From Escherichia coli (lineage in GTDB: Bacteria > Pseudomonadota > Gammaproteobacteria > Enterobacterales > Enterobacteriaceae): 64,000 nucleotides of DNA. Location of the stretch: NCBI RefSeq assembly GCF_051903065.1, contig NZ_CP178438.1, one strand, 5' to 3'. The notes beneath the pieces were generated by a model, which was not told where the DNA came from, ran no database searches, and saw nothing but the letters and a program-made list of their open reading frames with translations. This document shows positions 1-9,969 of this stretch, piece after piece (position 1 is the first letter of the stretch; the number at the start of each line of letters is the position of its first letter). The translations under genes were made by a program, and so were the position numbers.

Positions 1-98
1 GATGCCGAAAACCAGTGATTTTTCGTGTTGGTATCTGTGTTGGTATAAGATGATATTGTTTATTATTAACAATTTTAAATCATGAGGTTAAGTCACAT

Positions 99-122
99 GT
101 TCGAGTCCGGCCTTCGGCACCA
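99..122 (+). repeat. 24-bp copy of the 3' end of tRNA-Leu (leuX), likely island attachment-site direct repeat
   Basis: Sequence GTTCGAGTCCGGCCTTCGGCACCA matches the T-arm/acceptor 3' end of leuX as I recall it; the upstream bases do not continue into a tRNA body, so this is a partial copy, not a gene. Confidence 0.6.
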
Positions 123-302
123 CATCGTATGCAAATCGAGTCGCTCAAGGGCGGCTTTTTTTGTGTCTGGAATCCGTTAGTTACCTATCTTTCTCGCTAT
201 TTTAACTCTCTCAGAGCCAGCCAATTTCAACCCATCGCAAACGAAAAATGTTGGTACAGGCGTTGGTATTTTCGGTTCGACATTAATTTGTATTAGCTCA
301 GT

Positions 303-332
303 CCTGATCTGACAGCTATCTGCCAGATCAGG
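303..332 (-). terminator. Strong hairpin 15 nt downstream of hsdR stop (13-bp stem, one mismatch, 4-nt loop); possible terminator or RNA-stability element
   Basis: Inverted repeat CCTGATCTGACAG / CTGCCAGATCAGG read directly; no clear U-tract follows on the minus strand, so the terminator role is uncertain. Confidence 0.35.
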
Positions 333-346
333 TTCGGATTAATACA

Positions 347-3300
347 TTATATCTGCCCGCCTACACCTTTAAACTTCTCAATAAACGCGACGATCTTCTG
401 GAAAACCGTCTGTTTTTTCGTCTTATATTGCGGATTTAACGGACTGAGTTTTGGCAATGTCTCGTTTAATTCCGTGCCATTTTCGGTTGCGTATTCGCGT
501 TTTAAAGACGTGCGAATATAGCGTTTCGCCGCCTCTTCATTGAGATTTTCTTCTTTGATCAATGCTGCTGCTTCACGTTGCTGTTCGCGTTGAGCAAAGG
601 TAAAAAACGCGTCAATGATGCTGGCTTTATCCGGCAAATCATCCAGGTTCGTTTGCTGAATAAAATCGACCACCAATCCTTCTTTGGCACGGTTCCCAAG
701 GCTTGAACGAATTAAGCGTTTGACCTCTTCGGTCATTTCGCCCTTACCTTTGTTTTGTCTGTTGTGTTCGAAAATCAGTCCAAGGATATAATCCAGGTTT
801 ATTTCCTGAGACTTCAGCAAATCGACCTCAAAAACCACGTCATCCCAGTCGGTGGTTGATTTTTCTTTTTTGTCAGCTTCTTTCTCACGGCGCTGCCAGT
901 CACGAATATCGTTATAGGCTGAACGGTAATCCTGAATCTTGCGATCAGCAGGGAGACGAATCGTTTGTAATTCAGCGAACTTTTCATCATCCACATAATG
1001 TTCTGCTTTGAATTTTTCTACCGCAACAGGATCGCTAAGATCGATTTGTTGCAGGGCTTTCAGCATGGCAAATTCATCATAGTTTTGCAGGATGTTCTCG
1101 GCACGCAGGTATTCACCAAACAGTTTTACGAAGTCTTTCTTCTCTTTTTCACTTTCAATATTGGCAGGGTCAGGGAACCGTTGTTCCAGTTCTGAAACTA
1201 CTGCCATAAAGCCGCGTTTAGCTTCACCAGTGGCAGCATCAGTAAAGCCTTCCATATACTCTGCATAACTCTTTTCTAACACCACATTTTTGGTATTTTT
1301 ATCACCAAACAGCGTTATGGCATCAATGGTTGAGCGTTCCAGATCCCGGAAAGTGACGATGTTACCGAAGGTTTTAGTGGCGTTATAAATGCGGTTGGTG
1401 CGGGAAAATGCCTGCATCAGGCCGTGAAAACGCAAGTTTTTATCGACGAATAGCGTGTTCAATGTTGGAGCATCGAAGCCGGTTAAAAACATCCCCACGA
1501 CAATTAACAGATCGATATCTTGATTTTTAACCCGTTGGGCTAAATCACGATAGTAGTTCTGAAAACCGTTACTGTCGGTGCTGAAGTTAGTTTTAAAATA
1601 GCTGTTATACTCACGAATTGCAGCGTCAAGAAACTCTTTAGCACTGCTGTCCATTGCGCTGGTATCAAAAGTTTCATCGGAAATTTCACCAATGGCATTT
1701 TGCTCTTCATTGGCGGCAAAGGAGAAGATTGTCGCAACACGCAGCGGTTTATAAGTAGCCGATTTATTAGCTGCTTCCTCTTGTAACCGTTTAAACGTAG
1801 CGTAATAGGCTTTCGCGGCATCCACGCTACTCACTGCCAGCATGGCATTAAAGCCTTTGGAACTTGGGAAAGTACGGTGGGTCTTCTGGCGGAAGTTATT
1901 CAGAATATATTGCGTAATTTCCTGTATACGCATGGGATGAAGAAACGCCTGCTGATTTTCAGCCGCACTCAGTTTTTTCTCGTCGGTTTCTGTCTCTAAA
2001 GACTTAAACTGTGGCCGCACATCGTTGTAGTCCACCTTGAATTTGAGCACTTTTTCATCACGAATCGCATCGGTAATCACATATGAATGCAATTCACGAC
2101 CAAATACGCTGGCGGTCGTTTCTGAGCCTAAAGCGTTTTCCGGGAAAATAGGGGTACCGGTAAAACCAAACTGATAATAGCGTTTGAATTTCTTCTTCAG
2201 ATTTTTCTGCGCTTCTCCAAACTGGCTGCGGTGACATTCATCAAATATAAACACCACTTGCTGATTGTATACAGGCAGGTCGCTTTCTGCTTTCATCAGG
2301 TTATTAAGTTTCTGAATAGTGGTGACGATAATTTTGTTATCGTCCTTATCCAGATTTCGTTTAAGACCTGCTGTATTTTCCGAGCCGTTAACACTATCTG
2401 GCGAAAAACGCTGATATTCCTTCATGGTCTGGTAATCGAGGTCTTTCCTGTCGACCACAAAGAAGACTTTATCAATAAAGTCCAGTTCTGTTGCCAGACG
2501 TGCGGCTTTAAAGCTGGTCAGGGTTTTACCAGAACCGGTTGTGTGCCAGATAAAGCCACCGCTTTCGGGGGTAGACCAGTTTTTCGCTTTATAGGAGCTG
2601 TTGATTTTCCATAAGATACGCTCAGTGGCGGCAATCTGGTACGGTCGCATCACTAGTAGCGTTTGGCTAATATCGAACACGCTGTAGTTCACTAAGACAT
2701 TAAGCAGAGTATGTTTCTGGAAAAAGGTAGCGGTAAAGTCTTTGAGGTCTTTAATCAGCGTGTTGTCTGATTTCGCCCAATTCATGGTGAAATCAAAACT
2801 GTTTTTATCGCGCTTTGTGGTGTTGGCAAAATAACGGGTATCGGTGCCGTTAGAAATGACAAACAGTTGCAGATACTTAAACAGGGAATTTTCGCTGTTA
2901 AAACTCTCTTTACTGTAACGATGTATTTGGTTGAAAGCCTCACGAATCGCCACGCCGCGCTTTTTCAGTTCGATTTGTACCAGTGGTAAGCCATTAACCA
3001 GGATCGTGACGTCATAACGGTTAGCATGAGAACCCGCCTGTTCAAACTGCTGGATAATCTGCACCTTATTGCGCATGAGATTCTTTTTATCTATCAGATA
3101 GATATTTTCAAGACGCCCGTCATCAAAAATAAAGTCGCAGATATAGTCGATATGAATTTTACGGGTTTTATCCAGGATGCCATCGCTGGGGTTGTCCAGA
3201 TACTGCTCCGTGAAACGCCGCCACTCGCTGTCATTAAACACCACACCATTGAGGTTCTGAAGCTGTTCCCGAACATTGGACAGCATCGCCGACTGTGATT

Positions 3301-3463
3301 TTACCGAAATAAATTCATAGCCCTGATTCCGCAGGTCCTGAATCAGTTCCCGTTCCAGGTCCGATTCGCTCTGGTAGCTGTCGCCTGTTTGCTCAGCTTT
3401 GATGTACTTATCAAGGACGATAAAGTTATTGGATTCAGCAATGGTGTGTGTTTGATGAGTCAT
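347..3463 (-). CDS. hsdR: Type I restriction enzyme R subunit (HsdR), type IC / EcoR124I-like, 1038 aa
   Basis: ORF-track protein starts [14 protein letters not shown] and has the same length (1038 aa) as EcoR124I HsdR as I recall it; DEAD-box helicase motifs (TGSGKT, DECH) present. Confidence 0.9.
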   Translation of the reverse strand: MTHQTHTIAESNNFIVLDKYIKAEQTGDSYQSESDLERELIQDLRNQGYEFISVKSQSAMLSNVREQLQNLNGVVFNDSEWRRFTEQYLDNPSDGILDKTRKIHIDYICDFIFDDGRLENIYLIDKKNLMRNKVQIIQQFEQAGSHANRYDVTILVNGLPLVQIELKKRGVAIREAFNQIHRYSKESFNSENSLFKYLQLFVISNGTDTRYFANTTKRDKNSFDFTMNWAKSDNTLIKDLKDFTATFFQKHTLLNVLVNYSVFDISQTLLVMRPYQIAATERILWKINSSYKAKNWSTPESGGFIWHTTGSGKTLTSFKAARLATELDFIDKVFFVVDRKDLDYQTMKEYQRFSPDSVNGSENTAGLKRNLDKDDNKIIVTTIQKLNNLMKAESDLPVYNQQVVFIFDECHRSQFGEAQKNLKKKFKRYYQFGFTGTPIFPENALGSETTASVFGRELHSYVITDAIRDEKVLKFKVDYNDVRPQFKSLETETDEKKLSAAENQQAFLHPMRIQEITQYILNNFRQKTHRTFPSSKGFNAMLAVSSVDAAKAYYATFKRLQEEAANKSATYKPLRVATIFSFAANEEQNAIGEISDETFDTSAMDSSAKEFLDAAIREYNSYFKTNFSTDSNGFQNYYRDLAQRVKNQDIDLLIVVGMFLTGFDAPTLNTLFVDKNLRFHGLMQAFSRTNRIYNATKTFGNIVTFRDLERSTIDAITLFGDKNTKNVVLEKSYAEYMEGFTDAATGEAKRGFMAVVSELEQRFPDPANIESEKEKKDFVKLFGEYLRAENILQNYDEFAMLKALQQIDLSDPVAVEKFKAEHYVDDEKFAELQTIRLPADRKIQDYRSAYNDIRDWQRREKEADKKEKSTTDWDDVVFEVDLLKSQEINLDYILGLIFEHNRQNKGKGEMTEEVKRLIRSSLGNRAKEGLVVDFIQQTNLDDLPDKASIIDAFFTFAQREQQREAAALIKEENLNEEAAKRYIRTSLKREYATENGTELNETLPKLSPLNPQYKTKKQTVFQKIVAFIEKFKGVGGQI

Positions 3464-3491
3464 AGCGCATCCTTTGTGCCGCCTGGCAAGG

Positions 3492-3521
3492 GCCGGAAGG
3501 GCGTTAAGAGTGACTTCCGGC
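3492..3521. promoter_or_regulatory. Perfect 8-bp inverted repeat (GCCGGAAG..14 nt..CTTCCGGC) in the hsdS-hsdR intergenic region; candidate regulatory element near the expected hsdR promoter
   Basis: Read directly from sequence. Type IC systems are described as having a separate promoter for hsdR; no T-tract, so not an obvious intrinsic terminator. Confidence 0.3.
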
Positions 3522-3584
3522 GCGTAAAAAATAGTCTATATACAGACCGGGTGTTAAGGTGGCCCGGTCGGTAGCAATGGTCAA

Positions 3585-4865
3585 TTAGTTACTGATAGTT
3601 TCAGGTTTGGGAAAACTGAACAGTAAATCACGATAGTACTCGTATTGTTTCTGGCGCAACTCGATTTCACGCGGGAGGCCTTCGGTGATGGAGTTTGTCA
3701 GAGTGTCGAATTTATCGAGTATTGCGACGATACGAGCTTGTTCCTTAAGTGATTTTTCGTGATCTTTAGGATATGGAACCGGAATCATAATTTTTGAAAA
3801 ACCATTAATGAGTAGTGTATTAACTTTTGTTCTGGCTACATACTTTGCTTTTTCAGAAATAAACGAATCGGTTTGCATGTAATAGGAAATAAATTTTGGA
3901 TTCAAAGAATGTCGAAAAGCATAACAGTGATCATGAATAGCGATATCGTCATCCCCAAGCCATGCCACTGCTTTACCAACGTCTTCTACAGTCTCCCCCA
4001 CGTCAGTTATCACGACATCTCCATGTTTGGCATAGCGTAATGACGCTGCCATATCAGCTCTAACCTGTGATAACGAATGAGTTGTGTAAACACCATATCG
4101 TGTATATATCTCACCATAATGGATTACACTGATACCACCATCTTCTACATAATCTGCTTTAGTAAAACGTTTTCCACGAATAAACTCACCAATTTCCCCC
4201 AAAGTCTTCCACTCAACCTCACCCTCTTTAAAACTCAACAACTGGTCGCGATAGTAGTTGTACTGTTTTTTACGCATGGTAAGCTCTGCTGTAAGCTCTG
4301 CTGTAAGCTCAGTAAATTTATCCAGAATCCGAACGATTTCAGACTGGATGGCAAGGGATTTTTCCGGATTGCCCGGGCAGGGGATGGGGATGAGTAGTTT
4401 TGACATCAATGCATTTGAGCTTAGATTCGGCTGTGCTCCGCCCCCTGCAAGGATATAAATAGTCTCTGTATTTAACAATAAAAAATGGTATAAATAATTA
4501 TTGTTTAGAATATTTTCTTTGGGTATAAATTTCCCAACACGTTGGTTAAGATAACATTTTATTCCTTTTTTATAAATTCCCACTTTTCCTGTAGTGGCAC
4601 CTGACATTGCAATCAATATATTTCCCATAGATACCTCAAAGGAGGATAAATCTTCCTTGTAATCATTTAGTGAAAAGTATTTCACCTCATCTAAGTCAAC
4701 ATTAAACCCATCTATATTTGTGATTCTAACTATCGGTAACCCAGTTTCTTTAAATAAGCTGCTTTTAAATGCAAATCCATTTTTAAAATCACAAACATCC
4801 TTCAGGGTTTTCCACTCAACCTCAACCCCATCCAGCAATTTTTCCAGATAACTCAACTCGCTCAT
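3585..4865 (-). CDS. hsdS: Type I R-M specificity subunit (HsdS), type IC, 426 aa, with central TAEL repeat
   Basis: Conserved type IC central and C-terminal regions ([49 protein letters not shown]); start ATG overlaps the hsdM stop (ATGA), indicating translational coupling. Confidence 0.9.
   Translation of the reverse strand: MSELSYLEKLLDGVEVEWKTLKDVCDFKNGFAFKSSLFKETGLPIVRITNIDGFNVDLDEVKYFSLNDYKEDLSSFEVSMGNILIAMSGATTGKVGIYKKGIKCYLNQRVGKFIPKENILNNNYLYHFLLLNTETIYILAGGGAQPNLSSNALMSKLLIPIPCPGNPEKSLAIQSEIVRILDKFTELTAELTAELTMRKKQYNYYRDQLLSFKEGEVEWKTLGEIGEFIRGKRFTKADYVEDGGISVIHYGEIYTRYGVYTTHSLSQVRADMAASLRYAKHGDVVITDVGETVEDVGKAVAWLGDDDIAIHDHCYAFRHSLNPKFISYYMQTDSFISEKAKYVARTKVNTLLINGFSKIMIPVPYPKDHEKSLKEQARIVAILDKFDTLTNSITEGLPREIELRQKQYEYYRDLLFSFPKPETISN
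4279..4311 (-). repeat. 12-bp tandem repeat in hsdS encoding (TAEL)2 plus a partial copy; spacer-length determinant of type IC HsdS
   Basis: Plus strand GTAAGCTCTGCT x2 then GTAAGCTCA; the minus strand reads ACT GAG CTT ACA GCA GAG CTT ACA GCA GAG CTT, i.e. [11 protein letters not shown]. Confidence 0.85.
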
Positions 4866-6416
4866 TTCTGCACCCCGCAGCCTTCAATTTCAGCCACAAT
4901 CGCATCAATATCTTTGCGCAACTGGTCGATTTTGCTGACCGTGGTTTTCAGCTCAGCATTCAGCTCACCGATATCGATAATTTCGCGAGTATCTTTCGCT
5001 TCAACATAGCTGCTCACCGACAGGTTATAGTCATTCGCTACAACGGCTTCAAACGCGACAGATTTCGCCAGATGAGCAACATCTTCCTTGCTGGCAAATA
5101 CCTGCATAATCTGTTCGATATGGGCATCGGTCAGGATATTGTTGTTGGTCTCTTTTTTGAACAGTTCGCTGGCGTCAATAAACTGAACTTTGGTATCGGT
5201 TTTATGTTTAGACAGCACCAGAATATTGACGGCAATAGTGGTGCCAAAGAACAGGTTCGGTGCCAGTGAAATCACGGTTTCGACATAGTTATTATCGACC
5301 AGATACTGACGGATTTTCTGCTCCGCGCCGCCACGGTAAAAAATACCCGGGAAGCAAACAATCGCAGCGCGACCTTTGGCCGAAAGATAGTTCAGCGCAT
5401 GTAGTACAAAGGCGAAGTCAGCTTTGGATTTGGGGGCCAGGACGCCAGCCGGGGCAAAACGTTCATCGTTAATCAGCGTCGGGTCATCGCTGCCAATCCA
5501 TTTCACCGAATACGGCGGGTTAGAAACGATGGCATCAAACGGTTTTTCATCTCTGAAGTGCGGCTCAGTCAGTGTATTGCCCAACTTGATATCAAACTTG
5601 TCGTAGTTGATGTTGTGCAAAAACATGTTCATACGCGCCAGGTTATAGGTCGTATGGTTGATCTCCTGACCAAAAAAGCCTTCTTCGATGATATGGTCAT
5701 CAAACTGCTTTTTCGCCTGCAACAACAGCGAACCGGAACCTGCGGCCGGGTCGTAGATTTTGTTAACGTGGGTCTGCCCGTGCATAGCCAGTTGTGCAAT
5801 CAGCTTAGAGACGTGCTGCGGTGTAAAGAACTCGCCGCCTGACTTACCAGCATTCGCGGCATAGTTAGAAATCAGGAACTCATAGGCATCGCCGAACAGG
5901 TCAATCTGATGTTCGTTAAAGTCGCCAAGCTTTAACCCTTCAACCCCTTTCAGAACCGCAGCCAGGCGGGCATTTTTATCCTTAACGGTGTTACCCAGGC
6001 GGTTACTGGTGGTATCGAAATCAGCAAACAAACCTTTGATGTCAGCTTCTGAAGGGTAACCGTAAGCAGAACTTTCGATAGCAACGAAGATGCTGTTTAA
6101 ATCTGCATTCAGTCTGTCATTGGTATTTGCTTTCGCAGCTACGTTGCAGAAAAGCTGACTTGGGTAGATGAAGTAGCCTTTGGTTTTGATGGCATCGTCT
6201 TTAATGTCATCAGTTATTACGCTGTCATCCAGTTTCGCATAACAGATACTGTCATCACCGGCTTCAATATAGCTGGAAAAATTTTCGCTGATAAAACGGT
6301 AGAAAAGCGCGCCCAGAACGTATTGCTTAAAGTCCCATCCATCGACCGAACCTCTGACATCGTTAGCAATTTGCCAGATCTGGCGATGAAGCTCCGCGCT
6401 GCTGAAGACTGGTCAT
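4862..6416 (-). pseudogene. hsdM: Type IC R-M methyltransferase subunit (HsdM) with an N-terminal frameshift (apparent 2-bp deletion in a CGCGCG run at about codon 8)
   Basis: ATG at 6416 with an AAGGA ribosome-binding site reads [17 protein letters not shown] then stop. The frame encoding the conserved body ([16 protein letters not shown]...) has an in-frame TGA at 6413-6415 and no ATG/GTG/TTG start until the TTG at 6031, which is why the ORF track shows only 389 aa. Confidence 0.7.
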
Positions 6417-6722
6417 TTTTTATCCTTTGAATGTGTTTTTAACGTCGGCTTTTGCCGGGATTTTACCGGAAGTTGTTTGGTTTTTCAGATTTGTATGACG
6501 GTGAGGAGGGGATTCAGTACCAGATTGTTAGTGCATCTTACTCAGCATTCACCGCTTGAGTCAGGAGGCTACTTTATATGCCCATCGCCCATCCGTAGGT
6601 GATCAGATAATTTATTGCGAGTCACCTTCCCGATTTTCAATCTCATTATTTACCCAATCTTTCACCAGTGGATAATTCGTCTGCTACTAACGGCGAGTGT
6701 ATTTTTTTACGGATGAAAGATT

Positions 6723-7556
6723 ATGCAAACAGAAGCTGAAGTCTTAACCGATCATAACGAACTAATTTGCTCGACCAGTATTGAGCGTATCGTCACAGGA
6801 CGTGATAGTGCACTGAACCAGATAGCGGCGTTAATCCAAAAGCTTGATGATATCTCCAGCCTGACATCCAGTATTGGCGGTGATGTGGCTGGAACCTGGG
6901 CAATGCGTAATGGATATGCCTTTGATTGCTGGCTGATGCAGCCAACCGACAAAGCGATGCCGGTGATCACCCGAAATATCGATCGCAGTATCTGGCGCGA
7001 TCTCATGCTGAAGTCCGGTATGTTGACTCTGATGGATGCCGAAGCTCGCAGTCAGTGGGCAAAGAATCTGGAGGAGGGCGATCTCCCGGCGATTAGCGAA
7101 GCCAACATCCTGAGTACCTTTGAACAACTTCACCACAATAAGCAGGATGTTTTCGAACGTGGGATTATCAATGTATTTAAGGGATTGAGCTGGGATTACA
7201 AAACCAATAATCCCTGTTATTTCGGTAAGAAGATTATCGTTAACAATCTGGTGAAGCATGACCGATGGGGCTACAGCCTGCACTGGGGCTGGCGGCGAGA
7301 TCAGCTTGCCGATCTGGAACGGATGTTCTATCTGCTGGATGGGAAGGTCATTCCCGATAACCGGCATGATGTTGCGATTCGGTTTATGGACTTCGTTAGT
7401 GCTCACCCGCATGAGCAGGTATTTAATGACGATTTATTTGTCATCCGCTATTACCAGAAAGGCAGTGGGCATATCACATTCAAGCGACTGGATCTGGTGG
7501 ATAAGATGAATGACATTGTGGCGAAGCACTATCCGTCAGCGTTATCAGCAAAATGA
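6723..7556 (+). CDS. Hypothetical protein, 277 aa, no catalytic motif recognised; divergently oriented from the hsd operon, upstream of the McrBC-like pair
   Basis: Clean ORF with ATG start and an AT-rich upstream region; I could not assign a family by eye. Confidence 0.6.
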   Translation: MQTEAEVLTDHNELICSTSIERIVTGRDSALNQIAALIQKLDDISSLTSSIGGDVAGTWAMRNGYAFDCWLMQPTDKAMPVITRNIDRSIWRDLMLKSGMLTLMDAEARSQWAKNLEEGDLPAISEANILSTFEQLHHNKQDVFERGIINVFKGLSWDYKTNNPCYFGKKIIVNNLVKHDRWGYSLHWGWRRDQLADLERMFYLLDGKVIPDNRHDVAIRFMDFVSAHPHEQVFNDDLFVIRYYQKGSGHITFKRLDLVDKMNDIVAKHYPSALSAK

Positions 7557-7914
7557 ATGTCGTATGTTTGCTGTCAATAATGTCGTTACTGGAACCCTCT
7601 GAATTTCGGCATATCCATTTACTGGAAACGATGTTTACCTAAAAACAGTTGATTCCCTATGCAACTAGAAACCTCACACAGGTTGAAAAACGAGTAGCGA
7701 TTTTACGTATGAAAGAATGCTATAGCCTTCTCTGAGAGCCATCAACATCATGCGTTTTGCAGTTAAGTCATCAGATAAATGTGGTGGCTCCAGGGCAGAA
7801 GGTAATTTCAGGATGAAAGTTATTTTTTTTATCACAAAATTTAACATTTTTGAGATTAATCCGATAAGATAAGGCTATCCCAATTTCCCTCCCCCCTACA
7901 TATTGGATTAAGAG

Positions 7915-9969
7915 ATGGTTCAGGATTCATCAGCATTAGCCCCCTTCTTTCGTGCTCAAATTGAAAAAAATAATCAATACAATTCAGTTTGGGGCAAACA
8001 CTACCGCCAGCTTGTAGAACAGATTCAGGCCGAAAAACCAAACTTTTCTGAAGCCACGATTCGGCAGGTATGGTATGAACGTGACAATGGTGTCTCCAGC
8101 CTGATGCAAGGAGGGATGTCATTGGTTGAATTTGAAAATGCACAAAAAGACCTTCTAACGCTCACCCGTCAGATAGCAGAAGAGTGTACACAAGAAAATT
8201 ATAATCGGGTCATTGAACGCCTTATCAAACTTAAAGCGGACGGAGTATTAAATAAGGTATATAGGGCTCTTTGTAATCGTGCTTTTGCAGCAATATACCC
8301 ATCAAAAATTAGCAGTGTCGTGAATGTTAATAATTTTTTTAGTTGCTACAATTATTGCAACAACCATTTCCAGCTAGGTCTTTCCGGAGAACGGGAGTGG
8401 CTGGCTCGCAATGTTGATCTTAAAGAAACGCTAAATCGTGCGCTGGGTGATGATATCGACCCTATTGAGCTGAATATGTCACTTTGGCATCTCTATGCGT
8501 ATGAAATTCAGGATAAAAATGCTATCGGTTTAGTTGGAAGCGAAAGTGCTTTACAAGAAAATGAGCAAGAAGATGATGTTATAAGTTCGCCATTGCCTAA
8601 AAACACAATTCTCTATGGCCCGCCAGGTACAGGTAAAACATATCGTACTATTGAGCTTGCTGTACAAATTTGTGATCCGATCGCTTACTCCCTGCAGGAG
8701 GGTAAGGATGAGAGTGAAAAACGTCGCGAGTTGAAAAAGATTTATGATCAGCTTATCAAAGAAAATCGAGTGCGTTTTATCACCTTTCATCAGAGCTTTG
8801 GTTATGAAGAGTTTATTGAAGGTTTAAGAGCTGAGACTACTGATGACGGTAATGTAAAATACGAAATAAAGGCAGGTATTTTTAAGCAGATATGCGAGGA
8901 TGCCGCCTTTGGTCATGCTGGTGCGCAGGAAATGTTAGATAGCGCACTTACTCGCCTACAAGAACGTTTATCTGAAGGTGAAAATATCACGCTGGAAACA
9001 CAACAGGGTAAGGCCTTCCAGCTGACGTATAAAAGTCAAACCAACTTTGGAATTTTCCCGTCACAATCGAAAAAAGAGGATTTAGGACAGGGTTACAATG
9101 CCTATTTGAAGGATATTCGGCAAGTTTATCAGGATCCACGAGCAAAAGTACATAATCCATCTTATGTACGCAGTATCCTTAACTATTTAATTAATCAACG
9201 TTATCTGCCTCTGAATACTCAGAGCGTAGCTTCAGAAAAAAAGGAAAACTATGTTCTCATTATTGATGAAATAAATCGGGGTAATATTTCAAAAATTTTC
9301 GGTGAACTAATTACCCTTATTGAGCCATCTAAACGGGCTGGTGAGCCAGAATCGCTTAGCGTATTGCTGCCATACTCTTCCACTCCATTTAGTGTGCCGA
9401 ATAACCTTTATTTAATTGGTACCATGAACACTGCTGATCATTCGCTTACTGCACTTGATACTGCACTACGTCGCAGATTTGATTTTGAAGCGATGCTGCC
9501 AGATATTACTGTTCTGAAAGATACTGTCATTAAAGGTATTGATCTGCCTCGTCTATTGCAGACGCTTAACGATCGCATCCAGGTTTTATACGATAGAGAA
9601 CATATGCTGGGGCATGCTTTTTTTATCCCTGTTGTGCAGGCAAAAGAAGACGAAGCTCTGGCATTTGAAAGATTCAAACGGATTATGCGAAATAAGATAC
9701 TACCATTGCTGGAAGAATATTTTTACAATGACTGGCAAAAAATTCGCATGGTACTGGCTGATAACCAAAAAGAGGAAGCACCAGATCTTCAATTTGTACG
9801 TGAGGTGAAATACCAGAAAAAGTATGCCGATCTCTTTGGTGATAACGGAACAGATGACTTGGGAACCAGTTTTCACCTGGCAGCAGAGGATGACAACGTT
9901 TGGGACAATCCAATCGCCTGGCAGCAAATTTATGCACCTCAAAAAGAAAAACGCAGGAGTGCGGAATGA
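7915..9969 (+). CDS. McrB-family AAA+ GTPase (type IV restriction-like), 684 aa, with a non-canonical N-terminal domain of about 230 aa
   Basis: Motifs ILYGPPGTGKTY, FHQSFGYEEFIEG, IIDEINRGNISKIFGEL and GTMNTADHSLTALDTALRRRF parallel the EcoKI McrB GTPase motifs; residues 1-230 do not resemble the EcoKI McrB N-terminal 5mC reader as I recall it. Confidence 0.8.
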   Translation: MVQDSSALAPFFRAQIEKNNQYNSVWGKHYRQLVEQIQAEKPNFSEATIRQVWYERDNGVSSLMQGGMSLVEFENAQKDLLTLTRQIAEECTQENYNRVIERLIKLKADGVLNKVYRALCNRAFAAIYPSKISSVVNVNNFFSCYNYCNNHFQLGLSGEREWLARNVDLKETLNRALGDDIDPIELNMSLWHLYAYEIQDKNAIGLVGSESALQENEQEDDVISSPLPKNTILYGPPGTGKTYRTIELAVQICDPIAYSLQEGKDESEKRRELKKIYDQLIKENRVRFITFHQSFGYEEFIEGLRAETTDDGNVKYEIKAGIFKQICEDAAFGHAGAQEMLDSALTRLQERLSEGENITLETQQGKAFQLTYKSQTNFGIFPSQSKKEDLGQGYNAYLKDIRQVYQDPRAKVHNPSYVRSILNYLINQRYLPLNTQSVASEKKENYVLIIDEINRGNISKIFGELITLIEPSKRAGEPESLSVLLPYSSTPFSVPNNLYLIGTMNTADHSLTALDTALRRRFDFEAMLPDITVLKDTVIKGIDLPRLLQTLNDRIQVLYDREHMLGHAFFIPVVQAKEDEALAFERFKRIMRNKILPLLEEYFYNDWQKIRMVLADNQKEEAPDLQFVREVKYQKKYADLFGDNGTDDLGTSFHLAAEDDNVWDNPIAWQQIYAPQKEKRRSAE

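Noticed and set aside
814-3298. Several 60-130-aa ORFs on both strands inside hsdR (814-996, 998-1195, 1540-1821, 2231-2614, 3026-3298, 3094-3276)
   Set aside because: They lie entirely within the hsdR reading frame region, have no ribosome-binding sites or recognisable motifs, and are typical spurious frames.
3464-3584. Possibility of an anticodon-nuclease gene (prrC-like) between hsdS and hsdR, as in the prr type IC locus
   Set aside because: The intergenic gap is only 121 bp with no ORF; it holds just an inverted repeat, so no prrC-like insertion is present.
4862-6031. ORF-track entry presenting hsdM as a 389-aa protein starting MFADFD
   Set aside because: The start is only the first in-frame TTG after a stop; the conserved HsdM homology continues upstream to 6412 in the same frame, and the real ATG at 6416 is in another frame. 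The gene is frameshifted, not a short HsdM.
9438-9942. Cluster of 79-89-aa ORFs within the 3' part of the McrB-like gene
   Set aside because: All lie inside the McrB-like coding sequence in alternative frames; low-complexity translations.
9900-9965. Longer ORF-track start for the McrC-like gene (9900)
   Set aside because: That start lies inside the McrB-like gene; the ATG at 9966 overlapping the McrB-like stop is the more plausible start.
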